Source: a virus. From it: DNA of 64,000 nucleotides. Shown one piece after another: positions 48,107-57,849 of the stretch (positions within the stretch are counted from its first letter, which is position 1; every line of letters starts with the position of its first letter). The notes beneath the pieces were generated by a model. That model ran no database searches. It saw only the letters and a program-made list of their open reading frames with translations, and was not told where the DNA came from. The stretch spans positions 1 to 64,000 of the IMG/VR virus record IMGVR_UViG_3300047494_000229; one strand, 5' to 3'. A program made the position numbers and the translations under genes.

Positions 48107-48133
48107 AGGACAACCACCTCCTTATTTTCTTAA

Positions 48134-48167
48134 TGGTCATTGGTCATTGGTCATTGGTCATTGGTCA
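48134..48167. repeat. STRR-type heptamer tandem repeat, (TGGTCAT) x about 5
   Basis: tggtcat repeated; matches the STRR2 family of heterocystous cyanobacteria. Confidence 0.85.
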
Positions 48168-48335
48168 AAATTAGAGAGCTGTCAAGCAATCACAATTATT
48201 GAGAATTTGATTGATATGAGGGGCGATCGCCCTTGAATTGCGTTCTCTTAGTCCGGACAAGTCTTGCGGCTTGTCCTTGCCTCTACATACTAAAAAACCC
48301 AGACAAGCTGGGCAATTCTCTATGAGACTCTTTAT

Positions 48336-48545
48336 TTAATTGAGAGGTGGGGGCGGCTCTAATCCTGAATCTCGAATAAAAGTTAATAGCTGTACAGTCC
48401 TTAACGTAAGGTCGCTAGGCTGCCGCCTGTTACTAGTATTCATAAACCACTGGGCGATCGCGTGGGGCGTAACTCCCAACTCTTGAGCGAATTCCGGGTA
48501 AGAGCGATCGCCTATGCAAGCGCGAATGTAGTCAATTCGGTTCAT
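48336..48545 (-). CDS. XRE-like HTH protein
   Basis: RSYPEFAQELGVTPHAIAQWF...RQPS. Confidence 0.7.
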   Translation of the reverse strand: MNRIDYIRACIGDRSYPEFAQELGVTPHAIAQWFMNTSNRRQPSDLTLRTVQLLTFIRDSGLEPPPPLN

Positions 48546-48738
48546 AATAAAATTGCCCTCCATAGGCTGATTCTGTGGTGGGTGGAAACCTAGCAAGCGT
48601 CTGATCCACGTTTGCTAGGCAACTGTTTTCGGTGCGATACCGCACCGAAAACCGCGATCGTAATTCTTAATTATTGGGATTATAGCACCGTTATTGTCGG
48701 AGTGGTACGATTAAACGGACGCTATTAAAAACAGAGTT

Positions 48739-49317
48739 ATGGTAAAAAAACCACAAACAGCCGAAGAATTACTAGCAGACGAGCAACAACATCCAAATCG
48801 CGGCAAAATCAATGGGGAATATGTTGCAGACATCGGTACAACAGAGTTAAGTATTTTTATTGATGGGGATCTGTACAATAAGCTGATTCAAATCCGAGGG
48901 GCGATCGGCTTAACTAAGAGTCAGTTAGCGCAAGAGTCAGTTTTTGCCGCGCTTCGTTTTCTGAAGCAATTGACTGGAAACCAAGGTATTACTATCGACT
49001 TAAGCGTTGAGGGGAAAAGTAATTTTCGCGGCAACGTTCCTCGATACGCATACGAGCGAGTGTTGAGCTTAGGAGAATTGCATAGGTTAGACAAGCGTCA
49101 AGCTACTTATTTAGGTTTGTACTTGTTCGCCAATGATCCAGTAATTCAAGATGAGTACAAACTATTCATTGATAATCGCGCTACCCAGTTGAACTCTAGT
49201 GTCGAAGAGGTACAAGAATCTTTGTACGGCTTATCCAAGGCTTTGAGCAGAAAAGAGCGTATTAAATTACTTAGCTCAGGCGACTCATCAGCAAATGAGC
49301 CAAAAATGAATATTTGA
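48739..49317 (+). CDS. hypothetical protein (possible RHH-type)
   Basis: 192 aa; followed by an AAGCCAGT/ACTGGCTT hairpin. Confidence 0.55.
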   Translation: MVKKPQTAEELLADEQQHPNRGKINGEYVADIGTTELSIFIDGDLYNKLIQIRGAIGLTKSQLAQESVFAALRFLKQLTGNQGITIDLSVEGKSNFRGNVPRYAYERVLSLGELHRLDKRQATYLGLYLFANDPVIQDEYKLFIDNRATQLNSSVEEVQESLYGLSKALSRKERIKLLSSGDSSANEPKMNI

Positions 49318-49508
49318 TAAAAAAGCCAGTAACATCACTGGCTTAAGTATCGAATGGATTTATCGCTACAACTATAGCTAATTGTATTATGTCCCCAAGC
49401 GATCGCCTGCGCCTCATCCAAATCCAAGAAAAATTCGCCAAACTCGGATGGCTGCCACGCGAAGACGTAATATGGTTGATAGAGATTTTGGAGCAACTAT
49501 GCAGAACT

Positions 49509-49633
49509 TGAGGAACAATTGTTCCTGAAAAACGACTGAAAGCCTTATTATTGCGTTAAGAACAATTGTTCTTTAGGGGCGATCGCTCAGGACGGGCCGC
49601 GCCAACGCCAACTCCAGGAACAATTGTTCCTGA
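49509..49633. repeat. paired-palindrome dispersed repeat, copy D, plus a third core
   Basis: Cores at 49513, 49560 and 49618. Confidence 0.9.
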
Positions 49634-50124
49634 AGAATCAGAGAAAGTACTGTCTCTACGTTAGAAACACCGTGAAATTGTTTATCATCGCCAATTCTAA
49701 CCAGCTAATAAACTGCTACTATCACTCTGAATTTAAAACGTCTCGTTTTTGTAACAAAGCTAAATAAATTCCACTTTTCAGACTCAAGAAAACGATAGAA
49801 TTTCAGTATTGCTACTATTGAGTTTGATGAAGAGACTGCTGAGTAATTCAGAGTTGCAAATTCTTACTGATGAATTTCACGTTTTAGATGGCGAGATTCC
49901 CTTACTCATCAAGCTTTTATGGGATATTCGCCATTTTCAGGAAGATTTGCTAGCACTTCCCATACATAAATTAGAGTTGTTAATGCGACAGGTTTGGGAA
50001 ATTGATCAAGCGATCGCCTTGGAAATCCTAAAGTTAGTATAAAATGAACATAGCTTGTCACAGAAAAACACACGAAGCCGAGACGAACTTTAGGCTTGTG
50101 TGTAAATTGTGATGAATGCTTCGT

Positions 50125-50461
50125 GTGAACTACCCCGCCGTAAGACAGACGGGGCTTCCCAATTCATCGGGAATAGCTTCCAGAACTTCGTAGTACTAAA
50201 AAGTCTTAGATTCCCTCCAAGGGCAGGAGTCCTGGTTCCCAAGACCCAAATTTTTCTCTTGCAACATATACCTATTAGCTTGGTTTTCGCTTGCGGCATT
50301 GATGGTCAAGACATTAGTTATCTTACCAGAAAATTTTGGGGATTCGTCATACATCCAGTATTTGTTTTTGCGTCAGCAAAAACAAATACGGGATGTATGA
50401 CGAATCCCCGCTCACAATCCCCACCTTATGAGTACATTGAAGGTGGGGACTTCCGCAACAC
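50125..50461 (-). mobile_element. non-autonomous IS200/IS605-family remnant (PATE-like) with tnpB 3' end / omegaRNA region
   Basis: On the minus strand: left-end hairpin TCCCCACCTT..AAGGTGGGGA, decayed tnpB-like tail (INAA..., EAPSVLRRGSSH) and right end GAAGCCCCGTC..GGCGGGGTAGTTCAC. Confidence 0.7.
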
Positions 50462-50484
50462 GTTAACGAAGGTGAAGTATAACT

Positions 50485-50814
50485 ATGTCTTTTTGGGATA
50501 TTGACGAAATTCAGCAGATTTTTGATGAGACAACAGAGTTGTGTGTCAGTAAGTCTGAAATTAAGCAAATTGGCGATCGCCTACAATCTGAAGGATATAG
50601 GCTAATCAAAACTGCGGTTTTTGTCCCTGATTCGTCACCACAGCCTCGTACTAGTTTTGTTCTGGAGATGAGAGAAAAATTACATCCTTTACTGGAAAGT
50701 GCGATCACTATCCTTAGAGAATCTTTGGAGCATAATGCTATCGACGAAAGAAAGGTACAAATCGCACTGGAAGTACTGGGAATCGCTTTTACAAGTGGAG
50801 TTATAGATTTATGA
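50485..50814 (+). CDS. hypothetical protein
   Basis: 109 aa. Confidence 0.5.
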   Translation: MSFWDIDEIQQIFDETTELCVSKSEIKQIGDRLQSEGYRLIKTAVFVPDSSPQPRTSFVLEMREKLHPLLESAITILRESLEHNAIDERKVQIALEVLGIAFTSGVIDL

Positions 50815-50990
50815 AAATGGCAAACAGCAATTTAAACGAAAAAACTATTGATGATACCACTTATTGGTACAACGAACTTGGCTATATTCTCCGCACAGAA
50901 ACCAAATTGGAGCGCACTGGATACTCAGAGGTGAAAGAATCAGATGTGAGCATAATCGCCTAGAATAAATCAACACTTTCTACCTCCACA

Positions 50991-53723
50991 ATGCTCACGA
51001 TCGCCTCCGCATTCCTCCCCACCAAATCCCTTGGTCATTACCGCGCACATTTGGCGGAAGTTTGCCTTGAGGAAAATAACTACGCGCCTTTGGTGGTGGT
51101 GGATTTTGGAGAAACAGAGACAATTACGGTTGAGGCATCTACGGGGGCAATCGCCCTTCCCGCAGGTTGGACAAGTGTAACAGCGATCGCCTGTAACGGA
51201 CAAACTTTTACCCCAACAAGTACCCCAGAATCGCCTCAATCTGGGGAATTTTTGTACAATCCCTACACCAATACAGTGCAGGTTTATGGTGCGAGTGGGC
51301 AAAGTTTCCAAGTTTATGGAGCAACCGAGCAGATTAAATTTGCCCCGCCGTTACTTCCTCCTCCCTACCCACAGCTATTTACTAATCTGCCTCTCAAGGG
51401 AACTATTCAAATTAATTGTCAGTTTGAGCAACAACCTAGCGGACAGTTTGAGTTTGAAGTGGCGCTTCCAAAAGGTGTGATACAAGGTATCCTTGCTCCA
51501 GGTACAGAAATTGACCTTTACAATGTGCCTTTGAGAATCAATAGCCTGAGAATTACTGAACTACCAAGAAGTATTTACCCAGATGGGCGGTGTATCGTAA
51601 CCGCGTCACTTGGTGGCAGGTGGGATAATTATTTGAGTGAGCCGTGCTTCTTAAGGGCAGATGGCAAGAATAACTTTCCTAGTAATGTACCTTTCCAAGA
51701 TCCAGACTGTACTACAGGTAGCACTACAAGCTCAACTAATCCCAATATCTCAACAACTATTCAACAGTTACTAGCTAAAATTGGGATTTCTTACACTGGG
51801 CCCAATCTTGCAGTTGTTCCCATCCCTTCTGGAACGTTGGTAGATACTGTGGTGAATCCGGTGCAGTTGATGAGCGATCGCCTCCGGGTTGCAAATTCTT
51901 TTATCCGTTGGAGTAACGCGGCTGCTGTTGAGGTGGTTCCCATTAATAGTATGCGGGTGTGGAACTACCAAGAATCAGACATTTTGGAGCAAACGGAGAC
52001 AAGTTACGAGGCGATCGCCAAGACAAGCAAACGGCGTTTAACTTCCATTGCTAATTACAATCCGCCATCTCCTGATTTGGTGAATTTCCCCAGCACAGTG
52101 CAAAGCCCACCAATACCACAGATGGCAAGCGAAGCTGCGACGGCGCTAGCTTTTGAATATCCTAATACCGAATTAACACTAAATCTTCCTGAAACTCAAA
52201 CCCAGAATTCTTCTCAGCAAGAATTAAATCAAGGGCAATCAACGCCAAGGTATGTGCGCTTACCTAGTAAGCGGGAAGTACGGATTGATGGCGATCCAAA
52301 CGCTCAGATTCCCCTTGAAGGAGTGGCATTGATTCAGCAAATGAGTTTGATTTTTGATATTGGAGGGCAAACGAAAACCCGTTCAACTACCACGACTGAA
52401 GATGGGACGACTACTCAAGTAATTGACGAGATTTGGGGGTTTGCTTGCTATGCTGATCAAATTTACAATACTGAGGATGATAAACTTTATGGAAATCCCA
52501 ATACTTATTGGGTTTGCTTGAAGCTGACAACCACTACCTATACTTACGATTTAGGAACTGGTTATTTACTCGCTACTTATACTTCTGGTTACAATACTAT
52601 CCGTTACCGCCAAGAAACAGCTGATAATCCAGAAACTCTGGGATTAGATCCTAGCGATTCTGAGTATAGTCTATACGCCTTTTTTCGCATTCCAGTAATT
52701 TCACGAACTAGCTATTATTTACAATTAATGCCCGATTACAATGACGATGGGCAATTTGAATTGGTAAAAGTTTGTAACCGAGATGGCACTAGCTCTGTCC
52801 AACCATTAATAAATCCAGATTACGCGCCTCCCTACTATGTAGAGTACGAGCGCACTGAATCAGTAGCTTTTGCCTCTACTCCCAATCCGGATAATGAAGG
52901 ATTGACGGCGGATTCTGATACTCCATTTGCACCAGATATTGTAGGTGGTGAAGAGTCGCGTTTTGAATCCCTTGTGCAAGTCACGGAAGCGACTTATGAA
53001 CAAATTTTAACGGGCTTTGATAACGGTATCCCGATTTATAAACAGGGAGCGGAGATTACACCGCAAAAGTGGACGAAATATATTAAGCAATTCAAAGCTC
53101 AAGGACAGGCGATCGCCTCTGCCTTAGAGCAAATTTCCGTGGAGGAAGGCACAGGGGAACTACCTGTTGCAACTAGACGAGCGAATCTTTACACCAAAGA
53201 GCAACCCGCACCAAGTCCATCTCAAGCAACTCAAATACCCCAGCAGCAATACCGCTACTTCTTGCAAACTGCGGGATACACGGCAGCGAATCCCATACAG
53301 GGAACTGAGAATTTCCCGGTGGCCCAAACTTTTCAGCAATCACTGACGGCAGCTAAATGCAAATTAGCGATTGAGAACTGGCGAAATGGATTTACCGAGA
53401 CATTGCAGATAGCTGGGAATTTACAGATTAGGGATGGCGATCGCTTCAACTATTTGTGCGATGGTGAATATCGCCAAAGGGTGGTTTTGGGCGTGCAAAC
53501 TACATTGAATATCTTGGGCGTGGTTAACGGGATACCCCAAGTAACTGCTAGCACATCGCTGACTCTGGGGCGATGGATGTTACCAGCAGTTAGTTATACT
53601 CAAATACCAGTCCTCCCAAAGCCGAAAGCACCAGGATATGACATTACGGTGACAAACGTGATTAGTGCAAATCTGGGATCTACGATAGATTGGACAACAG
53701 TTAGAAGTCGGAGAAATCCTTAA
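50991..53723 (+). CDS. large tail tip / baseplate-like structural protein
   Basis: 910 aa, Thr/Pro/Tyr-rich and beta-rich; C-terminal GNLQIRDGDRFNY hub-like segment. Confidence 0.6.
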   Translation: MLTIASAFLPTKSLGHYRAHLAEVCLEENNYAPLVVVDFGETETITVEASTGAIALPAGWTSVTAIACNGQTFTPTSTPESPQSGEFLYNPYTNTVQVYGASGQSFQVYGATEQIKFAPPLLPPPYPQLFTNLPLKGTIQINCQFEQQPSGQFEFEVALPKGVIQGILAPGTEIDLYNVPLRINSLRITELPRSIYPDGRCIVTASLGGRWDNYLSEPCFLRADGKNNFPSNVPFQDPDCTTGSTTSSTNPNISTTIQQLLAKIGISYTGPNLAVVPIPSGTLVDTVVNPVQLMSDRLRVANSFIRWSNAAAVEVVPINSMRVWNYQESDILEQTETSYEAIAKTSKRRLTSIANYNPPSPDLVNFPSTVQSPPIPQMASEAATALAFEYPNTELTLNLPETQTQNSSQQELNQGQSTPRYVRLPSKREVRIDGDPNAQIPLEGVALIQQMSLIFDIGGQTKTRSTTTTEDGTTTQVIDEIWGFACYADQIYNTEDDKLYGNPNTYWVCLKLTTTTYTYDLGTGYLLATYTSGYNTIRYRQETADNPETLGLDPSDSEYSLYAFFRIPVISRTSYYLQLMPDYNDDGQFELVKVCNRDGTSSVQPLINPDYAPPYYVEYERTESVAFASTPNPDNEGLTADSDTPFAPDIVGGEESRFESLVQVTEATYEQILTGFDNGIPIYKQGAEITPQKWTKYIKQFKAQGQAIASALEQISVEEGTGELPVATRRANLYTKEQPAPSPSQATQIPQQQYRYFLQTAGYTAANPIQGTENFPVAQTFQQSLTAAKCKLAIENWRNGFTETLQIAGNLQIRDGDRFNYLCDGEYRQRVVLGVQTTLNILGVVNGIPQVTASTSLTLGRWMLPAVSYTQIPVLPKPKAPGYDITVTNVISANLGSTIDWTTVRSRRNP

Positions 53724-53734
53724 GCGGTGATCAC

Positions 53735-54076
53735 ATGGCACTTACTTTGACAAAAGTTATTCAGACAGAAGAAAGTTTTACTGTTGGCGAAAACTTGGAA
53801 AAATTAATTATTTACACTAAGTCTGAGATAGTGGCAATAATCAATAGACAGCAAGTAGCAATAGTACCTCATCCTTCAAAAGAAAATTTAATTAAAAATA
53901 AAATAAAAAATAATCTGCTTAGTTTTGGATGGTACTACTTTCCAGAAAAAGAGCTAGAAGAGATAGAAGAAAAACTTGATGAAATAGCAGATTTTTTCGC
54001 TAATGCCGATTCTGGAGAGAAGACAATCGGGGAGGGCGAGGTTAAATCATCTTTAATGATTTTAGTTAAAGACTAA
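53735..54076 (+). CDS. hypothetical protein
   Basis: 113 aa. Confidence 0.5.
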   Translation: MALTLTKVIQTEESFTVGENLEKLIIYTKSEIVAIINRQQVAIVPHPSKENLIKNKIKNNLLSFGWYYFPEKELEEIEEKLDEIADFFANADSGEKTIGEGEVKSSLMILVKD

Positions 54077-54291
54077 ACTAGAGGTAATTATTTATCATAC
54101 TACAATATAAAATACAGAATGTACACACTAGCTAAAGTTGCTGAACCTTGGGCGAAGCTCTTCCCTACAATTACGGAAAATGACACTAGCCTTAAAGTGA
54201 CGGTGCGGGGACAGAGTTTTACGATTGCGATACCGAAGAAAGTTAATCAGATCACGTCCAACAGGAATTTATCATACCGATAATGCGGTTT

Positions 54292-56178
54292 CTACTTGTA
54301 ATAACTAGCAGCATATAATGTAGCATTTTTGGGAATCCTGGATAATTTTTGAGTTAATGTTTTTTGATATAGTATTTTACCGTCACTTCCAATATTCCAT
54401 ACTTCTATATATGCTACTAAATTACCACCTTTATTAAAATCAGGAATATTTGTTATGTAAATATTATTTTTATTTAAATTATCTTTTTGAATTCGGGTAT
54501 TTATTAAATTAGTGGTGGGAACCAATGTAGGTCTACTTACATTATTTTCAGTTAAATAAGGTATCTCAACCGGAGTAGTGTAAGAAAAAAGTGTATTATT
54601 ATTAATTGCTAAATTACCATAACTAAAACCCTGTTCATTTATTTCTTCTAAATGTAAATAAGTATAAATGGAACCTTCGTTCATAATTAATGTTCCATTT
54701 ACTGAGGCAAAACTTATAAATGGTTTTGTTTCGACACTATTAATAGTTATATTACAAGTAATAGACAGAACTACTTCATCCCCGATATCTTTTGTATATA
54801 CAATGCTATTTAATACACCTCTATATAAAACATAACCATTACTATTTTTCTTACCGATTAATATTTGTTTATTAACAAATTCACTTTCATTAGGTAAACT
54901 TGTTAGCAAATTATAATTAGAATAAGTGGGATTAATTAAATTAGAAATAAATATTGTAATACCAGATGATACATTAAATGATGTATTAGATTCTAATCTT
55001 AATATTGAACTATTATTTAATGTAATAATATTATCATTAGAATCTTTATAGTAATATTCAATATTTCTTGAGATACTTATTATTCGTCCAAAGTCTATAT
55101 TACTATTATTAGGGTGTTGTCTTTTTTTAGAAATGCTTGAATTGTTTTCAGAACTATAAATAATACCTTTTTTAAAACATATTATTGGAAAAATACTAGT
55201 ATACGTATAGTTTTCTAAAACTATATCATTATTTTCAGTAGTTGTTAAAGTAAAAGAATAATCAAAATTGTCTGTATCTATATTAGAAGTATTTATACTA
55301 TTTACTGTATTGTTTTGTGTACTTCTACTATCATGAAAACCATAATCAAAAGAATTAAATAAATAACTAACTGAACCAGTTTTAAATTGATCTATATCAT
55401 AATCTAATGTATAAAAATATGTGGGTGAATTAAAGTTACCCGTGTAATTATAACCTGACACATCGTTACCAGTTCGTATTATTGAACCAGAAGCAAGACT
55501 ATCAAATGGATATACACCATTATATAAAACATTATTAAATTCTCCTGAAGATGATATTCTATTTACAACAGGAGATAAATTATTACTTTTCCATATACAG
55601 GAACCTTTGTAATCAATACTATTATATATTGTTATACCGTCTATATTATTTTGAATAGATGTCAAAATACCGTCTATGTTTTTTTGATGATAACTAAATT
55701 TATTTGCGTAATTTAAAATTATAGTTCCAGCATTATCTATATTATTTGAAAACGCCAATCTATATTTACCACCATCATTATGAATATACGATCGAACATA
55801 ATTACTGCCAAAATTATCAGGTAATGTAATTAAATCAGTTGTAATATTATTAGATGCGTATACTTTATTATTTAGCGAGTAGAGATAATAGAGGTTTGAA
55901 ATTTTAGTTCTTATACTATCAGTTTTTCTATATTCAATAATTCTCCTTGTAGACTGGACTATGTTTAAAGTCGGTTCCCCCACTAAATACCAATTACCCT
56001 TATTAGTCAGGAGGGCGATCGCCTCTCCCGCATCTAAATCCACTAAATAAGTTGCACTAACATCAGCACCATTAATTTTTAAGCTGACGTTTTGCCCCGC
56101 GACACCCTTGGGAATACTCATGGGAATCATGTTGGCGATCGTGAATAGGCTTTTAAGCTGGCGATCGGTTATTTCCAT
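54292..56178 (-). CDS. putative receptor-binding / tail protein with AT-rich variable body
   Basis: Ordinary N-terminal ~85 aa, then Asn/Ile/Ser/Tyr-rich sequence in AT-rich DNA. Confidence 0.55.
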   Translation of the reverse strand: MEITDRQLKSLFTIANMIPMSIPKGVAGQNVSLKINGADVSATYLVDLDAGEAIALLTNKGNWYLVGEPTLNIVQSTRRIIEYRKTDSIRTKISNLYYLYSLNNKVYASNNITTDLITLPDNFGSNYVRSYIHNDGGKYRLAFSNNIDNAGTIILNYANKFSYHQKNIDGILTSIQNNIDGITIYNSIDYKGSCIWKSNNLSPVVNRISSSGEFNNVLYNGVYPFDSLASGSIIRTGNDVSGYNYTGNFNSPTYFYTLDYDIDQFKTGSVSYLFNSFDYGFHDSRSTQNNTVNSINTSNIDTDNFDYSFTLTTTENNDIVLENYTYTSIFPIICFKKGIIYSSENNSSISKKRQHPNNSNIDFGRIISISRNIEYYYKDSNDNIITLNNSSILRLESNTSFNVSSGITIFISNLINPTYSNYNLLTSLPNESEFVNKQILIGKKNSNGYVLYRGVLNSIVYTKDIGDEVVLSITCNITINSVETKPFISFASVNGTLIMNEGSIYTYLHLEEINEQGFSYGNLAINNNTLFSYTTPVEIPYLTENNVSRPTLVPTTNLINTRIQKDNLNKNNIYITNIPDFNKGGNLVAYIEVWNIGSDGKILYQKTLTQKLSRIPKNATLYAASYYK

Positions 56179-56882
56179 AGAAATTGAATTATGTCAATTA
56201 CTAAACCCCATTTCGTCCACCACAATCTACTTTGCCATTTATCGATTGCGGCTTGTGGGATTGGGGCAAAGTTAGCAAGCGCCAATTTCAAGTAATTAGC
56301 ATGATTAAATTCATCGCTGACAATTTGAGAAGCGATCGCCCTGAGTGCTAAATCATCACACTTCGTCAACTCTTGATAAAAAGCTGCTGTCGCCTCCTCT
56401 AAAACGTACATAAAGGCTAATTTATCTTCCCAAGGGTAATCAAAAGCAGCACGATTCTTGAATAGCAGCCGCGCAGAAATATAACGTTTAGAAATGCCAT
56501 CAAAGTTCTCAAATAGCCCAGTTAACTGTTCTCCAGGAAACTTGTAGGAATCCCAAGTAACAGATTTAGGGATAGCGGTATTATCTGGGCGATTAACTAT
56601 AGTTTCTCCTGATGGGCGTGTTACCTCAATCCACCGTCCAGAATTTTCAGTCAAAGAGACGCGATCGCCACACCCATCAGCTAGGGATGCCAACATTTTC
56701 CCGTGTTTATTCTCTTCTTTACGGTGAGTTTCAAGCATAGTGGCAAGATTTGGACGATTCTCGGCTAACGCTTGACCTTGTAACTTAAAACAAAATATAG
56801 CAATTCCAAATTCAATCTTTGCAAGCAGCCTCAAAAAACGTTGCTTGTCACGCAATCCTAAATAGATCAACAATTTCAGCAT
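56169..56882 (-). CDS. ferritin-like (diiron four-helix) protein
   Basis: E...EENKH and EE...DEFNH paired ExxH motifs. Confidence 0.75.
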   Translation of the reverse strand: MLKLLIYLGLRDKQRFLRLLAKIEFGIAIFCFKLQGQALAENRPNLATMLETHRKEENKHGKMLASLADGCGDRVSLTENSGRWIEVTRPSGETIVNRPDNTAIPKSVTWDSYKFPGEQLTGLFENFDGISKRYISARLLFKNRAAFDYPWEDKLAFMYVLEEATAAFYQELTKCDDLALRAIASQIVSDEFNHANYLKLALANFAPIPQAAIDKWQSRLWWTKWGLVIDIIQFLWK

Positions 56883-57274
56883 TAGCTAAAAGTTTGAGGA
56901 ACAAATAATCGGGATTGAGGAATGTATTTAAAACAAATAGCTTTAAAACTTCCACTGCTGTTTTTTTTAAATAGTGATAAGTATTTTTGGCTGGGAGTAG
57001 GTTGAAAATAGAAGGAACTACCACCTACTGGAATGTTGGCTAGCCAAACTCGGTTAGTAAAAGGGGGAGCAGATGGGGGAATGGATGTCCAATAGTGAAC
57101 TTGTATTATTCCAGTACTACTTGGCGGCCCACTGCTTGTATCAACGAAGAAGCGAATTGGAAAAGACGGGAATTCCAAGAATTGAATATATTTCAGTAAT
57201 CCAGAAGGGCACTGATTACAACTACTTAGAACTGGAATTGGACTAGCTTCTCTATATAACGAATCTCGCCACAT
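56882..57274 (-). CDS. hypothetical virion-module protein
   Basis: Stop/start-coupled operon member. Confidence 0.5.
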   Translation of the reverse strand: MWRDSLYREASPIPVLSSCNQCPSGLLKYIQFLEFPSFPIRFFVDTSSGPPSSTGIIQVHYWTSIPPSAPPFTNRVWLANIPVGGSSFYFQPTPSQKYLSLFKKNSSGSFKAICFKYIPQSRLFVPQTFS

Positions 57275-57846
57275 TAGCTTCTGGTAATTTGTAGTTTTAT
57301 ATTAATTGAAGCAGATGATAGAGTGCGAGAGGAAGCAGACGTATTTAATACTAATATTCCAGTTAAAGCGTTCAACGTCGCTTCACACACATACTTCAAA
57401 TTTAGTGTATTTACACTAAATAGATTTCTACCTGAAACCGTCAGCGCATTAGCAAAAGTAATCGAGCCGATATAGCTGTTTGCTTCGGTGTCAGACAAGG
57501 TTAGCGCTGAAAGGCTGGTGGCATTAATGCCTGAAGCGGCTGGAGTAATCGAAAACAGCAGCAGACTCAGAGTATCTGCCGCTAATACGGTATTGTTGAT
57601 CTGAAGCGCCGCACCAGCGATCGCCCCTCCCCAACCGACGTTTGCAGCGACTGAGGCGAAGCTGAAATAACTGCCAACGATTTGTCCGTTGGCGTAAGTC
57701 CCCGAAATACCAGTTTGAGCAACATTGATTACATTGTCATCAAACCGCACTAAGGGATAATTTATATTATTTGAATCTTGCAGCACTCCCGACTTTTGTT
57801 GAGCGCCATTGAAGTCTGGAATCAGAATCGAACTAGGGGTTGGCAT
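57274..57846 (-). CDS. putative tail structural protein
   Basis: Beta-rich, Ser/Ala/Thr-rich. Confidence 0.5.
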   Translation of the reverse strand: MPTPSSILIPDFNGAQQKSGVLQDSNNINYPLVRFDDNVINVAQTGISGTYANGQIVGSYFSFASVAANVGWGGAIAGAALQINNTVLAADTLSLLLFSITPAASGINATSLSALTLSDTEANSYIGSITFANALTVSGRNLFSVNTLNLKYVCEATLNALTGILVLNTSASSRTLSSASINIKLQITRS

Positions 57847-57849
57847 TAA

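Noticed and set aside
2798-49633. Paired GAACAATTGTTC palindromes as mini CRISPR arrays for the IV-B complex
   Set aside because: The linker is conserved between copies instead of being variable, and the copies are far from the cas genes
50338-50409. Protelomerase telRL site (also considered for 24127-24174)
   Set aside because: No protelomerase recognised, a serine integrase is present, and the hairpin lies inside the IS remnant
50090-50568. ORFs 50109..50504, 50090..50299 and 50347..50568 as genes
   Set aside because: They span an IS605 remnant and its hairpins; at most decayed tnpB sequence
54292-56178. Diversity-generating retroelement target (Asn-rich gene)
   Set aside because: No reverse transcriptase and no TR/VR repeat pair seen; AT bias explains the Asn content
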